Of a stretch of 64,000 nt of DNA, positions 1-10,800 are shown piece after piece. This DNA is from Phoronis australis (Eukaryota > Animalia > Phoronida). Position 1 is the first letter of the stretch; each line of letters opens with the position of its first letter. Where the stretch lies: the NCBI GenBank assembly GCA_002633005.1, contig NMRA01000302.1, positions 126,180-190,179 on the forward strand. Direction: 5' to 3'. The notes under the pieces were generated by a model, which made no database searches, had not been told where the DNA came from, and saw nothing but the letters and a program-made list of their open reading frames with translations. The translations under genes and the position numbers were made by a program.

Positions 1-104
1 CATTTCTAGGGACACCAGAACAATTTTATATGATTATTGTTAGACAATATGCCATTTGGGCATTTTTGGTACATTGCAGTACAACGAAATAGACAACGAG
101 ACTG

Positions 105-3100
105 TCAATCATCACTGTCATCATCACTGTCACCATCATCATCACTGTCACCATTACCATGGTCACTATCATCACTGCAGTCACCACTTCCTGCACCGCT
201 TTTACTTCCACTGCCAGCCTTTTCCTCCTCACCACCACCAACGGCATTGTCACCCTCCTCCAGCATGTCGGCAAAGAACTCATTTTTATCACTCTTATTA
301 AGACTCTTATTTCTGTGAGCCTTCTTGGCTTTCCTGCTGGCGTCCACGCTCTGATTGGGCAGATCCTCAATATTCCAAAATTTAACCGTCTGATCATGTG
401 AACAACTTACGAGGAACTTGGAGTCATGGGATTTGCTCATGTTCTCCACAGGGAAGTCGCCGTGGCTACCGATGCTCCCCATGAATCTGTTTGGCAGGAT
501 GTTGACGGCACGGATGACACCATCCATGGAGCCGGTGCAGAGGATGTTCTCGGTGATGGGAACAATGCAGTCTATGGAGAGGGGGTGGCCAGGAAACCGG
601 TCGCTGATGTTTCCCCACTCGCTCCAGTTGAAAATGTTCAAGACACCGTCTCCACTGCCACACACAACTTTTGTCCCATCCTGTAATTACCAATGGAATG
701 AAGTAAAAGAAGGAAACAAGCCGGGCTATCTGGCAGCTTTAAAACAAAATATTAAATGCTGCTGAAAGATAAAGCTGTTTATCATGCTTTTCCATAAAAA
801 AGAAAAACAATGAATATAAGTACAGGAAGTACTTGCTTAACCAATTTCTTCTAGAACCACATATGCAAGTGCCAAATAAATTTTAAGGATAAAGTCACCT
901 CCTGATTGGCTGTCAGTGACTAAAAAGAAGTTATATCAGTGGCTCATATGCAACAGCGCCACCTTTAGTTACTGCTTATCAATTGCATTTTAGTGCTCAA
1001 ATCTATTCCTAGGGCATGTCAGCCTGCTATTATTAACAAACAAAAGAACAAGAGCAACACGGAGCACTGAAATGCGCCCACGAATGTATCGCAAATGGTG
1101 TGCTTTTAGGGTTATTTGCATCATAAAAATGGCCACTAGATGGCGCGTACAATCTGTCCACAAATGGGAACATGCCACATTTCATAAAACTCTGTCAAGA
1201 TCAGAGAAACAAAGAAAACAGAACAAAATGAAATTGCCACTACTGGGCACAGCATCCGTTCTATCTGCCTGAAAGTTGTCTGTTATCCTCATATAAATTC
1301 ACTTACTAAATTTAATAAAGATCCTGCAGTGGGTTTTGAAGATACAGCTGTGGGCGCAAAACAAAACAAAACTACCACTAGGAGGCGCCACAGTAGTCAA
1401 TCACCATTATCAAACGTCCTCTTCACACTGAAAACAGGTACGCCAATTTTCAAAACCACCCGTAGAATGATTTGGTTGATCGAGGAGTGGACGTCAAAAA
1501 CAAGATTTGAAAACGGCAAAAACGGCCACGAGGTGGCGCAAAATACCTCGATTCCATTCAAAAACAGGATGATAGCGTCATCTCACCAATAGATGCCTAC
1601 AATCAAAATTTTATGAAAATCTGTTGAGGACCTTTGAAGATAGAGACTGGTAAATATAAAACTAAAATTGCCACTAGGGGGCAGACCAGAAGTCAGATCC
1701 GTCCGAAAGTCGTCGTTGTCCATAGCCAACATCATATAAATACACTTCCTAAGTTAATTAAAGACCCTGCAAATGGTTTAATAGATACAGCCATGAGTGC
1801 AAAATCAACAAAACTGCCACTAGGAGGCGCCACAATAGTTGAACTCGGAAAATCGTCGTCAGCTGTCCGCTTCATAGTAAAATTAACATACATGCAAATT
1901 TCCACAATTATCCTGAAAGTCGTTTGGTTGACAGACGATTGGACGCCAAAAAACAGACTCGAAAACAGTAAAAATCATCCTTTAAGCAGTTTGGTAGGTA
2001 GAGGGTGGACGCAAAAAACAGTAAAAATGACCACTAGGTGGCACAAACTACGTCAAATCCATCCGAAAACGGGAGGATAGCATCACCTTCCTAATAGGTG
2101 CCTATATACCAAATTTTATGAAAATCCGTTCAGGACCTTTGAAGATACAGAGGTAAACGTGAAACACTAAAATTGCCACTAGGGGGCACACTGGTAGTCG
2201 GATCCGTCTGAAAGTTCGCTCATGCCGTCCCATACACAGAATAAACACATGTGCGAAATTTCATGAACATACGCAAAGACATTTTAGAGATAGAGCAGCA
2301 AACGCCAGACGGACGGACGCCCGTACGAACGGAGATGACGGCATAATGCGTCCACATATAAATATGTGGGCACACAAAAACGTCAATTTAAAAATTCTCG
2401 TAAATGTGGAATAATCTCCTGGACTGCTTGCAAATTGTCGTGTGGCAGTGCTAATTAGGTCATATAAACAGGTAGAGGTCTTCTTAGCCGCAAACAAATA
2501 TTTGTCTAATAGGAAAGCGTCACCTGATGTTCACTAAGTAAACTGAACATCCGGGTTTTGATCCAATGTCATTATCAGAATGATATCTGACGAGTACCTA
2601 GTCGGGCTTGCCCATCGCAGCCAACAGCCATGCAAGTAATCGGTGATGACTCTCAAAATCAATTCAAAATTGTGCCTCCAATCGGAAATAATGCATTCCT
2701 TTCTGAAAAAATTCTGACTCCGACAACTCTTCATAGAGCCACGGGTCATCGATTGCACCACTTATTGACCATACCTTCATCATAGCAAGTGACAGCTGCT
2801 CCGAGTCTAACAACTCTGACTGCATGTCCATCTTGTGCTTGCGAATGTTGAACGCCGTCAGCGTGCCATCACCACTTGTCGCCACCAATAGACGACCGGC
2901 ATCATTGACGAGCATGTCACTGATGAACTCTTCATTTTCCCTAACCTCCATCACTGTTTTCTTGAATCTCATGTCCCAGACCTACGTCAAAGGACAAAAG
3001 GTTCATACAAAATATGGTACAAAGCACCACTGGTTACTGATGCTATGGTTGGTGCATAGTCATTCGCACTTGCATGGTCATTGCTTAAGTTCAACAACAG

Positions 3101-4772
3101 AAGCCATTGGAAGGGTTGTTGAAATACTACTAAAATTGGCCTCAGTTTCACCTCCGTTGTGTCAGAAACTGGGATAAAACTTGCATGTAAATAACAGGAG
3201 ATTTAGAAGAAAGTTCTGTCACAATAAAACAGTCAATTATTTCACAAGGAGATCAAAAATAATAATTGCACGCTGTGTGACACGTTGTACCAGACATGGG
3301 CAGGGCCCTCAAATGGGCCCATTGCACTGATCAGCTGAAACCCTGGTTATCAGGGACGGATCCAGGATTTTGAATGGGGGGGGGCAGGGCAGAGTATTAG
3401 ACAGGATTTTAGCCGTGAGATATTCGCACCCCCAAACTGCCAAGTGAAATCTGGGAGAATTTTAGGGGGGTCATGGCCCCCTTCTAAATCCGCCACTGGT
3501 TATACCTTATTAAATAAATGTGTAGTTAAGATCGAGCTGAGGAGCTAGAGGCCTGACTCAAGTGTCTCACAGTGTGAACCAGAGATACTTGAACCCACGA
3601 CCTTGAACCCATGACCTTGAATATAGGAAACACTTATCTCACTAGGCCACACTGCCTCCTCTCACAAGGAGATATGATCATAATTTGTTTTAAAATGATA
3701 CCAATAGAAAGTTGCATGTAAATTGCTAAATGCAGTTTTAAAGCAGAAATTTTATGATTTATGCAATGTCAACCCTGTGTCCAGACCAAAAAACGCAAGA
3801 TCATGGAATACGTCACGAGATATCACCATGTACTACAACCGAGGCACATCGCACGAGTTAGATTCCTTCGAGATTCTCGAGTCTACAGAACTCAGGCCAA
3901 GGTAAAGTTAACATTTCCACATTTTATTTTCCAATTTCAAATTAAATCTGGGCGCACAGTCTGATTAGCATAGGATGTATAAAAAATAACAATGCTTTAC
4001 TTTCCAAAGAAATTTAGCACATGCACACACCACTTTTTGTTAAAATGAAGACTTTGGATGAGACAAACATGCATCCACGCCTGTTGAAGGAAATGGGTAA
4101 GTCCTCAGACATGAGAGAACTTTTGTTAAATAAAGACTCCATTATCACGAATGTTCTGCTACAGATTGCAAACACATACTATTTGACTAATTATGCGATT
4201 TGCAGCAAGTAATTCAAAGAATCACTGGCCCATCTCTATGGAAACTATTTACATGGACGAAAAAAATTCTCTGTTTGCATACTTGAACACAATGCCAACA
4301 ATTTCATGTTGTTTTCGAAAGTTAAAAAAATTTCATACAGCAAATCAAGTACTGAGAAACATCACGTGATCACTACACAACATACCTTCAAGTTACCATC
4401 ATCATCTCCCGTTGCTATGATGTTCTTGTCCACAGGAAGCAAGCAATAGATCGGAGATTCGTGCGCTTTCTTCAGTCTGTCCAGTACAGTGCCAGAGTTC
4501 AAATCGACCACGGCAAACGATTTGTCCTTCGAAGCTGTATACAGACACTCACCGTCGTCACTGAATCGCACGGCTCGGCAAGCTTTTTTATGATGTCCAA
4601 ATGACATCAGTTCATGATTGTCCTCTGAACAAGAGTACGAATGTATCGAAACATCGCCCTCGATGGTACCAACAGCGAGGACATCTTTGGATGGATGACA
4701 TTTCACGTCCACAACAAGTGTGTCAAAGGTCAAGTCTTTTGGTTTCTCCGCAGAAGAACACTTATTCGCCAT
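105..4772 (-). CDS. WDR55: WD repeat-containing protein 55 (ribosome biogenesis WD40 protein); 3 coding exons 4772-4386, 2981-2775, 680-105; ~389 aa with acidic C-terminal tail
   Basis: Exons join in frame at GT-AG sites (1170 nt). Peptides HHKKACRAVRFSDDGECLYTASKDKS, IATGDDDGNLKVWDMR, ATSGDGTLTAFNIRK, WGNISDRFPGHP and SCSHDQTVKFWN are typical of WDR55. The ATG is in strong context (aaaATGg). Confidence 0.93.
1047..2380 (-). mobile_element. Non-autonomous Helentron-type (HINE/DINE-1-like) element in WDR55 intron 2, with internal ~150-bp subrepeats
   Basis: Reverse-complement homolog of 53750-55255. It has a T-rich end with a subterminal inverted repeat (atgcgtccacat...atgtgggc), a GTCC-type microsatellite (gacggacggacg) and a CTTGT terminus. 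CCACTAGRNGGC motifs recur at 1133, 1375, 1526, 1671, 1817, 2031 and 2176. Confidence 0.7.
3351..3498. mobile_element. Short MITE with CAGGGACGGAT.../...ATCCGCCACTG termini
   Basis: Imperfect terminal inverted repeats with poly-G/poly-C subterminal tracts. GGTTAT occurs on both flanks. The terminus type matches 60819 and 63550. Confidence 0.55.
3535..3660 (-). mobile_element. tRNA-derived SINE head fragment
   Basis: The minus strand shows an A-box-like GTGGCCTAGTG and a duplicated B-box-like GGTTCAAG. No complete cloverleaf is present. Confidence 0.45.
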
Positions 4773-4841
4773 TTTCAATTTTTCCGTCACTTCTAGTCCA
4801 ACACTTTAAATAGTGCAAACAATGTGAAGAAGAGTCCAACT

Positions 4842-7800
4842 CTATAGTTTGCTTGTAATGCAGAGGTAAACCCCTATCAACACCAATAGCATGCCAAAAC
4901 AGGATTCTGAAAGGAGAATCAAAATAGGTCGAAATTTTCTTACAGAAAATAAAATGTGCGAGTTTTACCAAGATAAGAAACCAGGCATGGATCCAGAGAG
5001 GCCTGTATTCTCACTGCACTGCTACTTTTGTATTGATGATCAGGAGGAACAAAACAAAATGTATCCTCTTTTCATCTCCCTCTGTAATCAACTTGGCGGC
5101 AAAAATAACATGTGAAATCCATTGAAAAGGTACGAAAATATAAAGTACATTTAAGGTTGTAAATTTTCAACGTACTTCATATTCACATCATTGCATTATC
5201 TTGTGTTACTAATTCGGCCAAACAATAACAGAGATAAGGAATTAGCACGCAAGTTCCACTTTAAGGACAATAAATAGGACACTGCAAAAATGTCCAACTT
5301 TTGCAAATTTCGGAGCATCTCACCAAAATGGACGTTAAAATTAAAATAAACTTTTCAGATACCACGCTTTACGTACTGTTCTACAAAATGTTGTTTTTTT
5401 GCTAAATTTTACTAAAAAGACATAGCAACCTAACCAATCAGTAGGATATTGGCGTAGTCAAAAACCACCAAAATCTACGGGCTGTTTTCTTTCAGGAAGT
5501 ATATGATATTAAATACAAACACCAGTCAATAAATCTATTACTGGATTTACGGTACGTGGAGATGGCTACGTTGCGTCCTCCTCTCGAGGACTTCATCAGG
5601 CCACTGAGTTGTCACGTGACTTGTTATGTGATCTGTCGTATAGTTTCCGCGGGATTCTCTTCAGCGCCCTATCCCATGTCCTAGGTAAGTGAGAATCCCG
5701 CGGAAACTGTACGACAGATCACATGACAAGTCACGTGACAACTCAGTGGCCTGATGAAGTCCTCAAGAGGAGGACGCAACGTCGCCATCTCCACGTACCG
5801 TACGTCCAGTAATAGATTTATTGATTCTTATACTATGACCCAACTGGATGACTCAAAACATTCACTGTACAAACACCAGTCAATGATATTCTACATAACA
5901 ATAAAGCTGCTGCGTTTGCCCATTTTTTAGTTTTGAAAATCACTAGCAAAGTGTTTTAGTAAAATTGTACTTCCAGTATATTGCAGTTTATTATTTTTCT
6001 GGTCGTTAAAGTTGAATGGATCCAATCAACAATATTTGTAATATTTCAATCACCAACAGTTCAATTCAACGGGGAACAAAACGACATGCCTTGTGTCAAA
6101 CATAAATGTTTCAATCAGGCCAATTTCTGTACAGTTATAAACTCAGTCTCATTGTTTTCTGGTCTCGTATTAGAATTGATTTCAAGACTTGGGAAGAATC
6201 ATTATTGGTTCAGACTAGGGCCATTAACTTGCTCGTCATGGTGCGTTGGTTTCAGCACAGTGGCTGTTAGCTGAATTCCAGGGAAAACCAATTTCTATCA
6301 ATCGAACAAAAGCGATGCGAACATGACGACGGCGCTTTGGATTATCGAATAGGCAAGTGCTTTTAACACCAGAACTTGCTTTCTAGTGACTTCAAACAAA
6401 CCCCATCTCGTACCTTTGTTAATTTTCTCACCCAGCAGCAATCCACTGACAGAGGTGAAGATGAACGTCAGAGAGTTCGTTAGGGGTACGGCCAGCGATA
6501 TGTCTGGAAATGAACAGAAAAATGTGAAATAACTCAGTAGCATTTGAGCTAAATCTGCAGAGTTATTTTGTAAATTATAACAAAGCTACAGTTCTTGCCA
6601 CAGTCTCTCACTGATATCCAGACTGGTGACTTTACCCGATAAATAGGCTTAAAATTCTCTGTCTTTTATGACTTGTGATTTAGCACTGCCAGCACAGCAC
6701 TGAACTGTGACTGCGAGGATCCCAGGTTCGTCTGAACTCCACTTTCATTGCTGATAATACCCCTTTTAAGTCTTAAAAACTTTTTCAGGCAGATATCTAC
6801 TCACTCGCAGATGCTAGAGTTAAATAGTAGACAGACATCTACTCACCCGCAGATGCTACAGTTAAATAGTAGACAGATATCTACTCACCAGCAGATGCTA
6901 GAGTTAAATAGTAGACAACAGAGCCACTTTGATTTACCAGAAAAGGTAGCATATACTGAAATGAGACAACAACAACAACAACAACGGATGAGAACGGAGT
7001 GCTGAACTATTTCCACTTTAAAGAAAATCTCAAATCTTATTCACAAAAATTGGACATTTTTACAGTATTACAAACATGTCTACCAAAATACCTTCATCTT
7101 CTTATTTCTCAGCGAACTTCAAAAACGAAATATATACAGTGCAGCGAGAAAAAAGATTTAGTAGCACCACCTTGGAAGCACACAAACGACTTGTTAACAA
7201 AACTAAACTAAAAGACTCATCGAAATTCCTAACAGCATTTTTGAGATAACTGGTGAAGTTTTCATTAAAAATAAAAAAGTTTCACTAAAATCAACTGAGC
7301 TGTTATTTTGCTACGAATGCACCTTTCCTGAAAATGAAATTTCGACTTAAAAGGTGTTAACGTAATAACAATAATGGCACATAAAATATATTTTTATCAT
7401 CACTGATTTTTTTCTTTCACAAAACATAATACTTTTACTAGTTGACAAAGCCTGTTTTGATATATACGAGTTAGAATGAATGCTACTCAATAAGGGTTGA
7501 GATAACCTTAGTTAAAGTTGGTACAATACACAGTAACGAACATCAGCCTGTTCAGAAGTCCAAAGTTTGTCATTTCCAAGAGGAAAAGGTCCAAACTAAG
7601 TCAATGCAAAACACTTTGAGTCACCAGGTATTGAATATGATTTCCTTTGTTGCACTCACAGCTGAAAATAAGTTCTAACAAAGACTATGTTGAATTTTTT
7701 AAATCAAGTCATGACTTATCAAACCTTAGTGTCGGACACAAAATTGATTGATTTAAAGAACCATTTAACAGTTTCACCAGGACACCACAATCCAAAGATT

Positions 7801-10800
7801 CACCATCCTCACAAAAATTTATTCTGAAGGAGTTACAACACAGTTTATTAACTAAAAGTTTTTGTTAAAGCAAAATCCTCTCTTAAAGTGGGTCTGCTTG
7901 CCTGAGCAATACTATTATCATATCATCAATAATTAAATATGGAAATTACAAACATTTTGACTTTATTAATTGTAACGAATTTCAAAACTTTGTTGAAACT
8001 TCAAATATACTGTACAGTAAGTGGGCCTTCAAATTTTGAGTTAAAAAATTAATATAAAACAACAACAATGAAAAGAATAGATTATAGAAAATACAAAATT
8101 CCTAACAAAAATTCCAAAATTGTTTCAGTCTAAAATTTGTAAAAGGCAACAGCAGCTCACCTTCCAATTGAAAATCAAAAACTTCAGTTCACAGAAGAAC
8201 TGACAGATGGCAGACGCCTCCTTGATGTTCTCAATGCCTGCACTCCCCCGTTTGATGAATGGGTTGGTCCCGCCCCACAAGACAGCCACAACAGTTAACC
8301 AAAAACCTTGATCTAAAAAGACAAAATGGTCACTCTTTGAGAATTTACAGAACATTTACAGTTCAAAACCAAAGCAAAACAATAACAGTGTGAATACAAT
8401 ATCTGATTTTCTCTGGGAAATCGGAGTCATGAGTATTTGACATCTAGCAGATTGTGGTTAAAGTTTCAACAGGACTCATACGTGGTCGTCATGGCAATTC
8501 TCTCCATATGCTGGCGGCTGCCCTGTTGATGGCATCAACCACTGCGTTTCCTACACAGCCCCTTTCATGTTTTTGCACAATTGTTATACACCAATGAACT
8601 GCTACCTTGCCTCCATCAAACTGCTGCAATGGGAACTATTTTCACCAATATTCAAGGTGTATTTCACAGTGTTCTTTTGGTAACTGAAGTGATATTTTGT
8701 CTTTTTTATCTTTTATCTGGTATCAGGAAATGATTATAACAATGATTCCATGGAAAAATATGTGAAAGTTAGAATTGTCCATCTTATTACGAATAGCAAT
8801 CACAATTCAAAGCAGAATCAAGTTAATGCCATGTTATTATCGTACTTGACCACTCACGTGACCTCCAACCTGAATCTAATCTGACTTGGTAGCATCGCCT
8901 CCCAATGTCAGTGAAATTCCTACAGGTATCCTATTCCTTGGATTCCAAAATTCTAAGCATTCCTTCTTTACAATAGTGTGAAAGCTCCAACTAGCGCCAT
9001 CTTTGAAAACCGTTGTTTAGGTTCAAGTTTTGGAATGGAACCCTCCTTTATTTTATTTTTTTTAACACAGAGAACTGTTTAATCCCACACCATAACCACA
9101 GAGTCAATTAGTTCAACAGGAAGAGTCATCACCGCAAACAAGATTTATTCTAGTCTGAAGTTTCTGGCTTCACCTTGACCTAATTAACACTGTGACTGAG
9201 CGGAAGGAGACGATTAAGCGGTAACTAAAAAAAGCTTCCAAGATGGCCACTCATCATATTTGTTCGAGTTGGAAAGAGTTGAAAGCTTCCGAAAGTGTGC
9301 CTCTGTTGCAACCCTAACTGGTGCCTATACCAAACTGAAACTACGGGTAACTGTATGTTCTCAAATTACTATCAGTATTTTATAGGATTACTTAACAGTT
9401 ATCAGAAAAGAAATTGAATGCAATGAGTGTGGGGTGGTGCGTAATAGTTTATCAGGACACTTCCTACATGTGGTTAATCCATATAAGGATACGTGAGTAC
9501 TCTTTTTCGTCAATTATGGTTCTGATGAGCATTAAAAAATCCAAAAAATCATTGGCACTAACTTGGGAACTAATGGTAGCTTCAGTTTGGCACATGCATC
9601 AGTTTGGTTCACCAACCCATGATAGATTGATGTGCACCAAAGCAGTTTGGCGCAGGTATCAGACTGGGCTGCAACACCTCTGCGCTCAAATTTATACTTA
9701 AAGCTGCAGTTGAAGTTAATTTGATGGTTTAGCTAGTTTGAGGCGTAATTTGCTGAAGAGATTCCCCAAATTTTGGCTGGCATATGAGCTGACCAGTTTA
9801 CTCTAAGCTAGGTAATTACATCGCCCTGTAATGTAGGGACGTGACAAAAAAATTCAAATTCTTATTTAATATTTAAAAATGCATTGATTTAAAAAAACAT
9901 CAAAAACAGATTCAAACAAAAAAAATTAACAAAATCCGTTGAGCCGTTGACTTTTTATGAATGTTTGAAGAGCGATAATTAGCCTTTTTTTTAGTCCACT
10001 GAATACATGGGAATTAGAGGAATTTATGTGACCCAAAATTAGTTTTTTCACAATAACTTCCTCAATACTTTTAATAACAACATGAAAATTTCAGGATATG
10101 ACAATCCTAGCATTTACTTGGTGAGAAACATTTTTAAGACAACAAAAAATTCCAAATTCCAAAATGGCGGACAATATGGCCACCATTATGACTGCAAAAA
10201 CGTCTTATTGTTTTACGTTAATGAACTATATGGTGTAATATACCATTAACGAACTATATGGTGTAATATACCAAATGATAGGTCTTTTCATTGCTTTTTT
10301 GAAGAGAATGATGAAAAACATGTTCAGGCAATATTTTCGACATTTCCGCAATAGCTACCAAAATGGCTGCCAACATTACTGCGTTAACGACCACAAGAAG
10401 AGATTGATTCAGTAACCATGATGTACACGTAATATATGAATATTGAAGGTGTTTTTATGAACTGCAAGGATATCATACAATTGGGTTATGCATACATGTT
10501 TATTTTGTACAAAATGGCTGCCAAGATGGCTGCCACCCATAACAGAAAAGTAGTTGCAGTAATACAATTTTACAAGACAAATGAAACCAAAACGAGATTC
10601 GTTCAACTTTAACAACAAATTTTTGCTTGACCGCCAACAAGACTACCCAGAGGTTCAAAAGTCCATCTGTAACAAATACAAGGGCACACTAAGTGCATCG
10701 CACAGATACAAAGGATCGTCATTATTTTAATCCCACTAGGGGGTGCAATGCAGATGGAGCAAATGCACTAGAAAATTTAGGTAATGCAGAATACATCAAA

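Larger units (their letters stand above)
5514..5884. mobile_element. Penelope-like element (PLE) remnant: inverted pseudo-LTR pair plus 3' tail, flanked by a 17-bp direct duplication
   Basis: ~134-bp inverted repeat (5526-5659 / 5691-5824, about 6 mismatches). TACAAACACCAGTCAAT is duplicated at 5514-5530 and 5868-5884. The tail ATGACCCAACTGGATGACTCAAAACATTCAC resembles Penelope/Poseidon 3' extensions. Each arm contains a hammerhead motif. Confidence 0.75.

Noticed and set aside
56-301. His/Cys-rich 81-aa ORF that looks like a metal-binding peptide
   Set aside because: It is the antisense reading of the Asp/Ser-rich WDR55 C-terminal codons.
3640-3660. Minus-strand AGGCAGTGTGG resembling the miR-34/449 5' end
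   Set aside because: It is the start of a tRNA-derived SINE head with A and B boxes, and there is no precursor hairpin.
4773-4844. Stop-codon readthrough fusing TMEM234 to WDR55 (same frame)
   Set aside because: A second in-frame stop (TAA) lies 12 codons after the TAG.
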